A stretch of DNA of 64,000 bases from Phormidesmis sp. (lineage in GTDB: Bacteria > Cyanobacteriota > Cyanobacteriia > Leptolyngbyales > Leptolyngbyaceae). The position numbers were made by a program, and so were the translations under genes. The stretch lies in contig CBDFJR010000002.1 in assembly GCA_965248535.1 (NCBI GenBank), positions 1,760,001 through 1,824,000 of the forward strand, given 5' to 3'. The notes below the pieces were generated by a model. It had not been told where the DNA came from and ran no database searches. It saw only the letters and a program-made list of their open reading frames with translations. Shown here one piece after another: positions 1 to 10,732 of the stretch (its first letter is position 1; each line of letters opens with the position of its first letter).

Positions 1-399
1 ACGGGGGCGATCAACAGTCAGTTGCGCGACACCTTAGAGCTTGAAACAGACCTGTCTTATCACCTGCTCAACCTAGAAATCTTTAAAGCCTGGAAGTTTG
101 ATCTCAAAGGTGAGTTAGACCTGGGTTCGATCGACGATCTGCGGGTAGGAATGACCCTTAACCCCTATATGCAGGTTTACATTACTCACGGACTTTTTGA
201 TCTGGTCACGCCCTATTTTGCCTCTAACCATTTAGCTGATCTGATGAAACTCGATCCTGAGATTCGCCCCAATCTCACGCTGAGTCACTATCAGGGTGGT
301 CATATGTTTTATGCGTGGGATCAGTCGCGGCAAGCTTGGTTTGCGGAGATGCAATCTTTCTATCGACAGGCGATCGCGCCAGAAAACTCTAACGGATGA
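1..399 (+). CDS. Peptidase S10 (serine carboxypeptidase) family protein, C-terminal part; the 5' end lies outside the window
   Basis: Frame is open from position 1. Motifs HGLFDLVTPY (catalytic Asp region) and YQGGHMFY (catalytic His) are typical of bacterial S10. Confidence 0.8.
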   Translation, partial: TGAINSQLRDTLELETDLSYHLLNLEIFKAWKFDLKGELDLGSIDDLRVGMTLNPYMQVYITHGLFDLVTPYFASNHLADLMKLDPEIRPNLTLSHYQGGHMFYAWDQSRQAWFAEMQSFYRQAIAPENSNG

Positions 400-467
400 C
401 AGACTTCTAGTTGTGACAAATGCGTTACATTACGTGATGTAAGTTCACATTAGAAAGACGTTTAGCC

Positions 468-731
468 ATGATTCCTGATTTGATGGCGGCAACCCGCGAC
501 TATTGGCACCAGCTAGACCAGCTAGAAGCCGCCTATCAGCGAGGCGAAGTCTCAACGGCTGAGGTCAACGCCAAAGTTAAAGCATTAATGGCTGGTTTGA
601 GCCGATCGCGCCGCGAGTCTTTCACCGCTTTATGGAGTGGAATGGGTCGATTTTGGGAGGATCAGCGAGACGCGATCGTAGGTGTTGCCGGGCTAGGCGT
701 TTTGACCTATGGTTGGCTTCTCGCTCGCTGA
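468..731 (+). CDS. Small hypothetical protein with C-terminal hydrophobic helix
   Basis: 87-aa ATG ORF filling the gap before acnB; C-terminal AIVGVAGLGVLTYGWLL. Confidence 0.65.
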   Translation: MIPDLMAATRDYWHQLDQLEAAYQRGEVSTAEVNAKVKALMAGLSRSRRESFTALWSGMGRFWEDQRDAIVGVAGLGVLTYGWLLAR

Positions 732-739
732 CCAGGGTC

Positions 740-3346
740 TTATCGAACCGCCGCAGGCATTCCCAAAATGTCTTCAATGCGAGGCATTTCCTCAAGCGGA
801 ATCACGCGACCCTCATCGGCAAACCCCGCCATCTGATCGAAGTTGAGATAACGATAGAGATTATCCGCAAACGGGTTGATCTTGTTCGCCATCATCTCCA
901 AATATTCCGGCACCGTGGGAATGCGACCCAAGAGCGCACAAGCCGCCGCCAGTTCCGCAGAGCCGAGATAGACTTGAGCGCCTTTGCCCATGCGGTTGTT
1001 GAAGTTGCGGGTTGAGGTCGAAAACACAGTCGTGTTATCCCCGACTCGCGCCTGGTTGCCCATGCAGAGAGAACACCCTGGCATCTCAGTGCGAGCACCC
1101 GACGCGCCAAAAATGCCGTAGATGCCTTCTTCTTTAAGCTGGTGCTCATCCATGCGGGTTGGTGGACAGATCCACAGCCGACTGGTCACGGGCGGAACAC
1201 CTTCTAAAACCTTCGCAGCAGCGCGATAGTGACCGATATTGGTCATGCACGAGCCGATAAAGATTTCGTCGATTTTGTCGCCCGCCACTTCTGACAGCAG
1301 TTTGATGTTGTCGGGGTCATTGGGAGCGGCCACGATCGGTTCTTTAATCTCGTTCAGGTCAATCTCAATAATCTCCGTATATTCTGCATCGGCATCGGCT
1401 TCGAGCAAAATCGGGTTTGCTAGCCATTGCTCCATTTTGGCGACGCGACGCATAATCGTCCGGGCATCTTCATAGCCGCGAGACACCATGTTAGTCAGCA
1501 GCGCCACATTCGATCTTAGATACTCCGACACCGTTTCGATGCTGAGTTTAATCGTGCATCCTGCACACGATCGTTCGGCGGAGGCATCGGTTAGCTCAAA
1601 GGCTTGCTCAACTTTGAGATCTGGCAACCCTTCGATTTCTAGAATCCGCCCCGCAAAAACGTTCTGTTTGTTTTCTGTGCTAGCGGTCAGCAACCCTTTT
1701 TGAATCGCCACATAGGGAATGGCATTCACCAAATCTCGCAGCGTGATGCCGGGCTGCATCTCGCCCTTAAAGCGGACGAGAACCGATTCGGGCATATCGA
1801 GGGGCATGACCCCGATCGCCGCCGCAAAGGCCACCAGTCCCGACCCTGCCGGAAAAGAAATTCCCAACGGGAAGCGGGTGTGAGAATCGCCCCCAGTGCC
1901 CACGGTGTCAGGCATCAACATCCGGTTAAGCCAAGAGTGAATGATGCCATCTCCCGGACGCAGCGCTACACCGCCCCGCGACGAGATAAAGTCGGGCAAG
2001 TCGTGATGAGTTTTGATGTCAACGGGTTTGGGATAGGCGGCAGTGTGACAAAAACTCTGCATGACTAAATCAGCGCTGAAGCCCAGACAGGCAAGCTCTT
2101 TGAGTTCGTCGCGGGTCATGGGCCCCGTTGTATCTTGAGATCCGACAGTGGTCATTGCAGGTTCACAAGACATTCCCGGACGCACACCCGGCAGACCGCA
2201 GGCTTTGCCAACCATCTTTTGCGCTAGGGTAAAGCCCTTACCCGTATCCACAGGCAATGTGGAACGAATGAACAGATCACTAGGTTCTAGCCCTATTGCA
2301 GCGCGGGTCTTGTCGGTCAAACTCCGCCCAATGATTAACGGAATTCGTCCCCCAGCCTGCACTTCATCGGTGATCACTTCTGGCTGCAAATTAAAGGTTG
2401 CAATGACTTCTCCCGCTTCGTTCGTCACTTCACCTTTAAACGGGTGAATCGTGATCACCATGCCCGTCTCCATCTTTGAGACATCACACTGGATCGGCAG
2501 CGCGCCAGAATCTTCGGCTGTGTTGAAAAAGATCGGCGCGATCGTGCCGCCCAAAACATAGCCGCCCGTGCGCTTGTTGGGCACAAAAGGAATATCTTGT
2601 CCAATGTGCCAGAGCACCGAGTTAATCGCAGACTTGCGTGACGATCCCGTCCCGACAACATCGCCCACATAAGCCACGGGATGTCCTGTTTGCTTAATCT
2701 CCGCCAGAGTTTGCAATCCGCCGGGCATCCGCGTCTCTAGCATTGCCAGGGCGTGAAGGGGAATATCGGGGCGAGTCGTGGCGTGAGTGGCCGGAGACAA
2801 ATCATCGGTGTTGGTTTCGCCGGGCACTTTAAAGACCACCACCGTGATCGCGTCTGCCAACGAGGGACGATCGGTAAACCACTTTGCCTCAGCCCAAGCC
2901 TCTATCACCTGTTTAGCATAGGCATTGGTTTCTGCTAGCACCTGCACATCGTGAAAGGCATCAAAAATCAGCAGCGTTTTGCTGAGGGCGGCTACCGCTT
3001 CGGCCGCTAACTCTGCATCGTCAGATTGCAGCAGCGCGATCAGCGAGTGGACGTTATAGCCGCCCATCATCGTGCCCAGCAGCGTCACCGCATACTTAGG
3101 AGAGATCAAAGGACTCGTGATAGTTTTTTGGGCGATCGCCGTCAAAAACCCCGCTTTGACATAAGCCGCTTGATCAACGCCGGGAGGAACCCGATCGCGC
3201 AGCAGTTCTAGTAGCGTCTCTGCTTCGCCTGCGGGGGGAGTTTTGAGCAATTCACACAGCTCAGAGGTTTGTTGAGCACTAAGCGGCAGTGGCGGAATGC
3301 CCAGAGTGGCGCGCTCGGCAGCGTGTTGGCGGTAGGATTCAAGCAT
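740..3346 (-). CDS. acnB: Bifunctional aconitate hydratase 2 / 2-methylisocitrate dehydratase
   Basis: 868 aa. N-terminal HEAT-like domain ([14 protein letters not shown]), [19 protein letters not shown], and Fe-S cysteines in FIGSCMTN and [10 protein letters not shown]. Confidence 0.97.
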   Translation of the reverse strand: MLESYRQHAAERATLGIPPLPLSAQQTSELCELLKTPPAGEAETLLELLRDRVPPGVDQAAYVKAGFLTAIAQKTITSPLISPKYAVTLLGTMMGGYNVHSLIALLQSDDAELAAEAVAALSKTLLIFDAFHDVQVLAETNAYAKQVIEAWAEAKWFTDRPSLADAITVVVFKVPGETNTDDLSPATHATTRPDIPLHALAMLETRMPGGLQTLAEIKQTGHPVAYVGDVVGTGSSRKSAINSVLWHIGQDIPFVPNKRTGGYVLGGTIAPIFFNTAEDSGALPIQCDVSKMETGMVITIHPFKGEVTNEAGEVIATFNLQPEVITDEVQAGGRIPLIIGRSLTDKTRAAIGLEPSDLFIRSTLPVDTGKGFTLAQKMVGKACGLPGVRPGMSCEPAMTTVGSQDTTGPMTRDELKELACLGFSADLVMQSFCHTAAYPKPVDIKTHHDLPDFISSRGGVALRPGDGIIHSWLNRMLMPDTVGTGGDSHTRFPLGISFPAGSGLVAFAAAIGVMPLDMPESVLVRFKGEMQPGITLRDLVNAIPYVAIQKGLLTASTENKQNVFAGRILEIEGLPDLKVEQAFELTDASAERSCAGCTIKLSIETVSEYLRSNVALLTNMVSRGYEDARTIMRRVAKMEQWLANPILLEADADAEYTEIIEIDLNEIKEPIVAAPNDPDNIKLLSEVAGDKIDEIFIGSCMTNIGHYRAAAKVLEGVPPVTSRLWICPPTRMDEHQLKEEGIYGIFGASGARTEMPGCSLCMGNQARVGDNTTVFSTSTRNFNNRMGKGAQVYLGSAELAAACALLGRIPTVPEYLEMMANKINPFADNLYRYLNFDQMAGFADEGRVIPLEEMPRIEDILGMPAAVR

Positions 3347-3544
3347 GGTTTGATAATCTCATACGATCGGCATTCAACGATTTTGCGGGGTCAGTCGCCC
3401 AGTTTCAACCTTTAGAGAAATTCTGTCAGGTTTCCGCTCTTCTTTTAGTATGAAAAATTTCTTTATGGGTTGGGGTTAAATGCGCGATCGGGCGATCAAT
3501 CGATCGTTTGTGGGGGTTTCTAGACAAAGCTCGAAAAGGGTGAG

Positions 3545-5305
3545 TCAGCGGTCAAAGAATGCCGCGATCGATTGCTTTAAATATTCCAACTGAAAATATT
3601 CAAATAAGCGATCGCCAGAATCGGCTCTTACTAGCCCTAAAATCACCTCTGGCAGCGCCGCTCGACCCGGAAACACGAGATAGCGTGGCTCCCACTGTGG
3701 CTGAAATTTTTCCTTAAATTGATGCAGCCCTTTGAAGTTATAGAACTGGTTAAGGTGGTTAAACAGATAATTTAGAGCTTTCTCAACCCTGCGAGCAGTC
3801 GGCTTTGCGCCAACGCCTGCCAGGGGTGAAAGACTGAGATTAAAACTGTCGTATTTTGCCTCTTTAAAGTGTTGAAACATTGAGACAAACAAAAAATCCA
3901 TGGTGCCTTTTTCGGCATCTAATCGGTGACGCATTAGATCGATCGTCACTTCTCTGCGGTTATAGCCAGACAGCAAGTTTGCAAAAGCGACCACCTGATT
4001 GTCAGCATCATAGACGACGGCGATCAAGCAATCGCCCAAATAGTCTTCATCAAACCAGCCGATCGAAAACTGTTTTTCTGACCCTTGCTTGTCTTTTAGC
4101 CATTCGTCGCTGACGGGTTTTAGCTGCTGAAATAATTCTGGTGGAATCGGCGATTCATACAGGCTAAAACGGTAGCCTGCTTTGGCCGATCGATTCAGCG
4201 CTGTGCGGAGATTTTGCGCTGCTTTTCCTTTGAGGGTAAAGGTGGTTAAGTCTACGATCGCTTCTTCGCCGATTTGAATCTGCTGAAACCCTAGCTTAGA
4301 GTAGCGCTCTAGCTGATCGGTTGCGGTTTCATAAAAAGCGGGAAACCAGTCGTTGCGATCGCAAAATTGACTAAAGGTAAGAATTGCTTCGACCCGATCT
4401 TGCACCGGACCGATGGGATCGCCCAACGCGATCGCGGCTCGGCCTTTAGACACATAGGCGATCACACTTTGCCCAGACGGACTGAAATAGTAGCTCTTAT
4501 CTTTGAGCAACGCCAGCCGCGCTAGCGAGGTCTGCCCAGATTGGTCGATGATCTCTCTAGCGCGTCTACGATCGCTCACAGTTGCCGGAGCACCCCGCAG
4601 CAACACCGGCCGCAACAGCATGAACAATGCATAAATTAATGTGGTTGCACCGACAATATAAATAGAATTAATGAAAAACGCGCCATAGCGAGTGGTGGGT
4701 TCTAGCCCAGCGTTATCTTCAGTAAAAAAGATCGCTAACGTTTGCTCGATCGAGGCAAACAACCCAAAATTAATGGGTTCGCCATTGACTTTAAAGCGTC
4801 CATCCAGCACATAAAAGCCAGCCGTTCCATAGGCGATCGTAAACAGCAGTGCCCCAATCAAAACGCGAACGCCTTGAAAAATAGACGGGCGATCGGAGCG
4901 CGCCGTAAACGTTTTCCGCATCACGATGAGTTGGATGAGAGGCACGATCGCAAACAAGCCTTCTTCATAGTCCAGCCCTTTGATCAGATGGCTGGCGATC
5001 GAGAGTCCCAGCAGAGCCACCGTCAGCACCCAGGCCACATGCTTACGTCGTAAAAGATTGGCAGACAGCGTGAGCAGCAAAAAGCCCGTCAGTGCCGCAA
5101 AGACGTGCCCCCCCGCTCGAATCGGAAAGGGGAAAACAGGCATGAGCCATCTGACCCGTTCGGGGAGGCTGGGTGACACCGCCGACAATACATTCACTAA
5201 GCCGACTAAGCCCGTCCAGATCGAGACAGTCCATAGCGCGATGCGAGTTCGATGTTTTAGCCCGATCGACATGGGCTTAGGTTTGGGCCGCTCCTGTGCG
5301 CTCAT
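3545..5305 (-). CDS. MprF/LysX-like aminoacyl-phosphatidylglycerol synthase (DUF2156 domain), short form without full flippase domain
   Basis: About 6 N-terminal TM helices. ALGDPIG, IGEEAIVDL, EKQFSIG, IDLMRH, GTMDFLF and YNFKGLHQFKEKFQPQWEPRYL are characteristic DUF2156 motifs. Start overlaps the esterase stop (ATGA). Confidence 0.9.
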   Translation of the reverse strand: MSAQERPKPKPMSIGLKHRTRIALWTVSIWTGLVGLVNVLSAVSPSLPERVRWLMPVFPFPIRAGGHVFAALTGFLLLTLSANLLRRKHVAWVLTVALLGLSIASHLIKGLDYEEGLFAIVPLIQLIVMRKTFTARSDRPSIFQGVRVLIGALLFTIAYGTAGFYVLDGRFKVNGEPINFGLFASIEQTLAIFFTEDNAGLEPTTRYGAFFINSIYIVGATTLIYALFMLLRPVLLRGAPATVSDRRRAREIIDQSGQTSLARLALLKDKSYYFSPSGQSVIAYVSKGRAAIALGDPIGPVQDRVEAILTFSQFCDRNDWFPAFYETATDQLERYSKLGFQQIQIGEEAIVDLTTFTLKGKAAQNLRTALNRSAKAGYRFSLYESPIPPELFQQLKPVSDEWLKDKQGSEKQFSIGWFDEDYLGDCLIAVVYDADNQVVAFANLLSGYNRREVTIDLMRHRLDAEKGTMDFLFVSMFQHFKEAKYDSFNLSLSPLAGVGAKPTARRVEKALNYLFNHLNQFYNFKGLHQFKEKFQPQWEPRYLVFPGRAALPEVILGLVRADSGDRLFEYFQLEYLKQSIAAFFDR

Positions 5306-6351
5306 TGGTTGGGTTCTCCCTGGGGTTGAGCGGTGGGTGCTGCTAAAGTCTTAGGCATCTCTGGCTGACGAGTTCCCTGGGTTACTGGCGGTTGCATGTC
5401 TGTTTTGGTTGCGGGAGGGGCATCAGCGGGCGATTTGGGAAGAGAAGCTCTAAATTGTTTGCCGACAAAGGTCAACGAGTCAGCTAAATGAGTGTGCCAA
5501 TAATTCCAGCCTACGTTTTTTCCGACGATCCCGTGTCCTCCAGGAAACACGTTGAATTGATTGGGAATGTTCAACTGATCAAGGGCTTGGTGAAACTGCT
5601 GAGTTGCCTGCAAATATTTAGCATCTTCTTTTCCTGCATCTAAGTACACCCGCAATTGAGGACGAATTTCTAGGGGAATTTGCTGAATAAACAGTTGAGG
5701 GCTGTTGTCTTCGCCACTATTATCTTTAAAGTAGCCCGTGTGGCTGAAGAGGATATGAAATTCATTGAGGTAGCGCAATCCAATATTCAACGCTCCCCAA
5801 CCGCCAGACGATAGCCCCCCGATCGCCCAAAATTGGGGTTCTCTAAGCGATCGATAGCGAGTTTTTACATCGTTGACCAGATCTGAGCCAATGAGGGTGG
5901 CCACTTTGCCGTTATCTCCGTCGTAGTATTGAGGATCCCATAATGGGCTACTGCCTCGATGGTCGTTGCCATCGGGTGTGATGATGATTGAGGGCGGAAG
6001 CTTACGATCGCGGTAAAGGTCATGCAGCACTGAGGTGAGGGCAGCTTTATCTTCAAAGTCTCGCTCGGTGCCGTGCCCTCCGTGCAGCAACACAATCACG
6101 GGATAGCGTCGATGGGGCTTTTTGCCATAACCAGGCGGCAGCACCACTCCATATCGCCGTTCACCACCCATTGCCTCGCTGTTAAACGTTTGGACTTTGA
6201 AGATCAGTCCTGTTTCTGGCTCGGCTTGCGGCGCGTCGATTTGAGGCGCACCTTCTATAAAAATATACCAATAGCCTGCGGCAGCTAAAGCCGTTAGACC
6301 GAGAGCACCGCCGATGATCAGGTTGCGATAGAGGTTTTTAGAACGCTTCAT
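5302..6351 (-). CDS. Membrane-anchored alpha/beta-hydrolase, esterase (antigen-85/Fes-like) family
   Basis: Likely ATG at 6351 (MKRSKN) followed by a TM helix. YPVIVLLHGG, nucleophile elbow GLSSGG, YLDAG..D, PGGH. Confidence 0.85.
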   Translation of the reverse strand: MKRSKNLYRNLIIGGALGLTALAAAGYWYIFIEGAPQIDAPQAEPETGLIFKVQTFNSEAMGGERRYGVVLPPGYGKKPHRRYPVIVLLHGGHGTERDFEDKAALTSVLHDLYRDRKLPPSIIITPDGNDHRGSSPLWDPQYYDGDNGKVATLIGSDLVNDVKTRYRSLREPQFWAIGGLSSGGWGALNIGLRYLNEFHILFSHTGYFKDNSGEDNSPQLFIQQIPLEIRPQLRVYLDAGKEDAKYLQATQQFHQALDQLNIPNQFNVFPGGHGIVGKNVGWNYWHTHLADSLTFVGKQFRASLPKSPADAPPATKTDMQPPVTQGTRQPEMPKTLAAPTAQPQGEPNQ

Positions 6352-6884
6352 GCAGAAAGAGACATAGCAAGACAGTTTGACCCATTTAGGATAGACGCAG
6401 TTTGCAGAAAATCTCAATCTGGCCTTGTCAGTTCATTTTTTGGGTACAGACTCAGGGTTTTTGGGCTTGGAGCGAGTTTTCTCAGACTCCTCAGCCTTCT
6501 ACGACGTGATGGTCTCGATTTGGGCACCCTAGTGCTAGACAGTCAGAGGCAAGTTTGGGGCAACTCTAACTGACTAACGAGATGAGTTTAGCGACTTATT
6601 CTGATGAGTGTCACCGTTGCTCTAGGGCTTTTTGCCTGCTTTATAAAGTGACAGAATTCATGAATAGAGCGGACGGGAAATCGGAATATTTGCTTCAGAG
6701 TAAACCCGTAGAACTACCGTGGCATGATCCCAGAGAGGATGTTAATTCTCTATAAAGACTAGAGACGCTTCCAAAACAAACCTTGACGACGCTGATGAGT
6801 TAACGACTTGAATCTTATCTGGATTTTTGAGTTAACTGATTGATCGAACGTCTCTTAAACAGTTAGTTCCTAAAGCATTGAGGC

Positions 6885-7520
6885 ATGACGATGAGCGAGA
6901 TTACTAAAGAAGAAGTCCGTGAAAAGCTCGGTAATATTGACCAAATTCGTGACATTATTTTTGGGTCACAAATTCGGGAATACGACAACCGCATCAGCAA
7001 GGTTGAGTCTGATCTCTTGATGGTGCAGCAAGACCTGCGCGATCGCCTTGAGCAGGTCAAAAACGGGGTTTCTATTGAGCTTAAAGCTGCCGTCGAAGCG
7101 ATAGAGAAAAAGCTGAAGCTGTTCAATTCTTCTTCTCAAGAAGAGTGTGCAGATTTACGGCAGCAGATCGATCGCGCCAATCGCAGATTTTCTAGCAGCA
7201 TCCAAGCGCTAGATGAAGCGTTAGATTCTCAAACTGCCTCGATTCGCAGCGACTTGGGTGACACCAAGAACAAGCTTCAAGACGATGCAGGAGCGCTAAG
7301 AGATTTGGTGTTAGGAGAACTCGATCGGCGGTTTTCTCAGTTAAGAGAGACAAAAGTCTCTAAAGATGACATCGCAGAAAGCTTGTTTGAGCTTGGAATG
7401 CGGCTAAAGGGAACAGAGTTTGTGCCTAAACTGCGAGAAGTTGCCAACAGCAGCCATCATACCTCTGTGCCTTTGTTAGAAACACGCAAATTTTCGGAAG
7501 AGTTGACTCATTCAACTTGA
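6885..7520 (+). CDS. Coiled-coil hypothetical protein
   Basis: 211 aa with heptad/apolipoprotein-like pattern and N-terminal IDQIRDIIFG motif; first gene of the + strand run. Confidence 0.8.
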   Translation: MTMSEITKEEVREKLGNIDQIRDIIFGSQIREYDNRISKVESDLLMVQQDLRDRLEQVKNGVSIELKAAVEAIEKKLKLFNSSSQEECADLRQQIDRANRRFSSSIQALDEALDSQTASIRSDLGDTKNKLQDDAGALRDLVLGELDRRFSQLRETKVSKDDIAESLFELGMRLKGTEFVPKLREVANSSHHTSVPLLETRKFSEELTHST

Positions 7521-7600
7521 GGTTTCTTCCTCAAAATGGATTGCTATCAACCTTCTAAATCTGCCATTTGTCACTGGTCGATAGCCTCCTACGCAAATCT

Positions 7601-7667
7601 GCCTCCTAAATCTCCTGATTCTGGAGGGCTTTGATTCCGGTTCCCTCAGAATTGGGGCTAGGTGGGC
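7601..7667. repeat. Degenerate cyanobacterial dispersed GC-rich palindromic repeat (REP/MITE-like)
   Basis: CCTAAATCTCCTGATTCTGGAGGGCTTT...TTCCCTCAGAATTGGGGCTAGG: imperfect inverted repeats resembling the CCCCCAATTCTGGGGG-type repeats of filamentous cyanobacteria. Confidence 0.5.
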
Positions 7668-7719
7668 TTCCGACGATTCGCATTTGGTGAATGGCAGACT
7701 GCGAATGCCGAACCCGTGA

Positions 7720-9948
7720 ATGAGCCTTGCCCCAACTATGGCTGAGACAAACGATCTTACCGTTGAGTCATCTCAATTTAGCCCGGCTGAAGTCGATCAG
7801 CTTGGGCGTTTTTTTGATCTGCTGGTTGACTTAGAAATCATTGATCTACCTGCAAAGTCTCTTGGCTCTGTTTTGGTTGATGCGATCGCGGCTGATGATT
7901 CTCTAGCTGCACCAGAGCCGGATCTGCCCGTTCAATTAGCTGACGCTCCTTTAGTTGCACCAGAACCAGATTTGCCCGTTCAACTTGAGTTCGGGGCGGC
8001 TCTCTGGGCTGACTCAACCGAGGCTGACTCAACCGAGATAGTGGCGATCGCACCGCCTGCTTTAGAGCCACCCGAAGATGCGGTGATGGCCCTAGATCTG
8101 CTGCGAGGGCTGGTGTTGGGGGCTGAAATGTCTGAGGTTCCTCAAAAACTGAGTCAACTAGAGCAACAGATCTATCAGCCCAATGAGTTAAAAAATCTGT
8201 TGCTGCCCTTGGTTGCAGAGCTTTTGCGTCAGACCGTGATCGACTCTCAAGAAGACGTTGTGCAAGCGATCGCGCCCATTATCGATCAAGTGATTCAAAG
8301 TCGAATGGATCACGATCGAGCCTTGATGGGTTTGGCCCTGGCTCCAGCAATTCCTGGGGCAATCACTGAGCAGATTCGCATTTCTCCTGAAGAGTTATCG
8401 ACGGCAATTTCGCCTGTGATAGGAAAAGCAATTCAAAAGCAGATCGTCATTGAGCAAAATACGATCGTCGATGCGCTATACCCCATCATTGGCGGCACGA
8501 TTTCTAAGTACATGGTGGAGACGATCCGAGCGATTAACCAGCAGGTTGAAGAAGCTCTCAGCCCCGCCGGAATTAAACGTAAAATTCGGGCAAAACTTCA
8601 GGGGGTTTCAGAGGCAGAACTCATTCTCAGAGAAGCGGCCCCTTTTACAGTGCAGGCCGTTTTTTTGATTCACAAAGGGTCGGGTTTGGTGATTTCAGAG
8701 ATCCAACGAACCGACAGCCAGCGACTAGAGTCCGACATGATTGCAGGAATGCTGACGGCAATTTGCAGCTTTGCCAATGACTGTATTTCTCAGGCTGGGG
8801 CTGTCTCAGAGCTAGACTCGATCGACTATGGCATGTCTAAAATCATTTTAGAAGTCGCTGGGCATTGCTATCTAGCGATCGTGATTCAAGGAGAGCCAAC
8901 GAAGCAATTTATTGAAGAAATTCGTCAAACACTCCGCAGTTTAGTGACTAACCATAGCACCGTGTTTGAGACATTTAATGGTGATCCTGACTCGGTGCCT
9001 AGTGCAGTCAACACGATTCTAGAATCGCTCAGAAACTCTAGTGCCCCAGACGAGAAATCGTCAGAAAATCGACCGTCTCCACTGGTGCTGATTGGCTTGG
9101 GCGTGTGCAGCTTAATTGCCATTCCATGGGGTTTTTTGCAGTATCGCGGTCATGTGAATCATCAGGCTGAAGTGACCACCACTGCTGCACTGTTATCGGC
9201 TCCAGAATTGGCGGTTTATCGGTTGATGGTGGAGGCTCACTCTGGCAAGCTCAAGTTAACTGGGCAGGTACCCAATCTTGAGTTGCGGCAGAAAGCAGAA
9301 CATCTTGCCACAATCGCCGCGCCCAAAAATTGGTCGATCGAGAACGATATTTTAGCGGTTGAGATTCCTCCAGATCCGGTTTTGACAGCGGCTGAGGTGC
9401 AGCGAGTCACGACTCTGTTTAATCGGATGGAGGGCGCTGCGATCGTAACTCGATACACAGAGGCTCAGATTTCAGTTGAGGGAAGCGTTCTTCGTCTGGC
9501 AGATGCCAAAACCATCACCCAAGGATTTCAGCGCATTCCGGGCGTGAAAGCTGTGTTTAGCACCGTGCAGGTGCAGCCATTAAAAATAGACTCTCGACTC
9601 TATTTTCCAACGGGTTCAGCCCTGTTAAACGCTGAGGATCTAAACAGCAAACTTCAGTCAGTCAAGTCTTTTCTTGATCTGCATTCTCAGACACCGTTGA
9701 AAATTATTGGCTATGGCAGTGCTAGCAATCGCCCGATCGCCGATCAAAAGCTGGCGCTTGAGCGTGCGATCGCGGTACGGACAGCCCTAATTGAACTGGG
9801 AGTTGCGCCCGATCGCTTGCAGGTCAGTGGGGCAGGGGGGTTGCCTCCGGGCATTGAGCCAACTCAACCTGATTGGCTGAGTCGATGCGTTGTGTTTGAA
9901 GTGATCCCTCCCAAACCAGGATCAAACCCATCAAATAAAGAAAGATAA
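7720..9948 (+). CDS. Inner-membrane protein: helical repeats, longin/roadblock-like domain, TM helix, BON domains and C-terminal OmpA-like peptidoglycan-binding domain
   Basis: TM segment LVLIGLGVCSLIAIPWGFL. BON-like KLKLTGQVPN..LRQKAEHLA and ISVEGSV..IPGVKAV. OmpA-like LYFPTGSALL..IIGY..LALERAIAVRTALIELGV..RCVVF. Confidence 0.85.
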   Translation: MSLAPTMAETNDLTVESSQFSPAEVDQLGRFFDLLVDLEIIDLPAKSLGSVLVDAIAADDSLAAPEPDLPVQLADAPLVAPEPDLPVQLEFGAALWADSTEADSTEIVAIAPPALEPPEDAVMALDLLRGLVLGAEMSEVPQKLSQLEQQIYQPNELKNLLLPLVAELLRQTVIDSQEDVVQAIAPIIDQVIQSRMDHDRALMGLALAPAIPGAITEQIRISPEELSTAISPVIGKAIQKQIVIEQNTIVDALYPIIGGTISKYMVETIRAINQQVEEALSPAGIKRKIRAKLQGVSEAELILREAAPFTVQAVFLIHKGSGLVISEIQRTDSQRLESDMIAGMLTAICSFANDCISQAGAVSELDSIDYGMSKIILEVAGHCYLAIVIQGEPTKQFIEEIRQTLRSLVTNHSTVFETFNGDPDSVPSAVNTILESLRNSSAPDEKSSENRPSPLVLIGLGVCSLIAIPWGFLQYRGHVNHQAEVTTTAALLSAPELAVYRLMVEAHSGKLKLTGQVPNLELRQKAEHLATIAAPKNWSIENDILAVEIPPDPVLTAAEVQRVTTLFNRMEGAAIVTRYTEAQISVEGSVLRLADAKTITQGFQRIPGVKAVFSTVQVQPLKIDSRLYFPTGSALLNAEDLNSKLQSVKSFLDLHSQTPLKIIGYGSASNRPIADQKLALERAIAVRTALIELGVAPDRLQVSGAGGLPPGIEPTQPDWLSRCVVFEVIPPKPGSNPSNKER
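7909..8037 (+). repeat. Intragenic tandem duplications (APEPDLPVQL x2; perfect 15-bp GCTGACTCAACCGAG x2 at 8008-8037)
   Basis: Read directly from the sequence and its translation. Confidence 0.9.
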
Positions 9949-10031
9949 ATTTCTGTTTATTTTAGCGACTTAATTGAGCATTCTTGTAGTGTGTTCTTTA
10001 GAGAGCGCACTTATCGAATTTGAAGTGGATA

Positions 10032-10562
10032 ATGTCTATAATTTCCAAAAAAGTGTGTTTAGTGGGTGACTTTGGGGTTGGTAAAACAAGTTTAATTCGT
10101 CAGTTTGTCGATCGCCAGTTCAGCGATCAATATCTTTCCACAGTGGGCGTTAAAATCTCTCGAAAGGCCATCGACGTTTTGAAGCCTAAATCACAGTTAA
10201 CTCAGAGTTTGCAGCTTTTAATTTGGGATCTTGAGGGCAACACTAAGTTTAAAGCGATTACTCCCAGTCATCTGCAAGGAGCGGCGGGGGTAATTATCGT
10301 GGGAGACGTGACTCGATCGGAAACTCTAGATCACCTATCTGGGCATATCCAGAGTTTTTTAGCCATAAATTCTCAGGGGGCGATCGTGCTGGCCCTAAAC
10401 AAGTCAGATTTGATTCAAGAAGAAGATCTAGACGTTTTGCTAAAACGACACTATGGAGATCAACCAAACCTCTTGGGCATTTATCCTACCTCGGCAAAAA
10501 CGGGAAATAATGTTAACCAAATTTTTGAAATCTTATCTCAAAAGCTAGTCGAATCACTATGA
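10032..10562 (+). CDS. Rab/Ras-like small GTPase
   Basis: G1 GDFGVGKT, G2 YLSTVG, G3 WDLEG, G4 NKSD, G5 TSAK; likely ATG at 10032. Confidence 0.92.
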   Translation: MSIISKKVCLVGDFGVGKTSLIRQFVDRQFSDQYLSTVGVKISRKAIDVLKPKSQLTQSLQLLIWDLEGNTKFKAITPSHLQGAAGVIIVGDVTRSETLDHLSGHIQSFLAINSQGAIVLALNKSDLIQEEDLDVLLKRHYGDQPNLLGIYPTSAKTGNNVNQIFEILSQKLVESL

Positions 10563-10732
10563 AAACGCGCCTAAAACAGCCCCTATTGATCCAAAAACTT
10601 GAATAAAAAATCTTTAAAATCAGGGATTCAATTTTCTTAGTTAGGCGTTTACAGTCTTTTGCTTATCAGCCATTGGTCGCTCTAACTTTAACTGCACTTG
10701 CTCCGATAAATCTTGAATAGCTCTACACTGCT

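Noticed and set aside
410..450. CRP/NtcA-like palindromes TGTGACAAATGCGTTACA and CGTGATGTAAGTTCACA
   Set aside because: Spacers (GTG-N10-TAC; GTGA-N7-TCAC) do not fit NtcA N8 or CRP N6, so no regulator can be assigned.
632..3211. Many short ORFs overlapping acnB, and similar shadow ORFs over other long genes
   Set aside because: They are antisense or out-of-frame shadows of well-supported genes and show no recognisable motifs.
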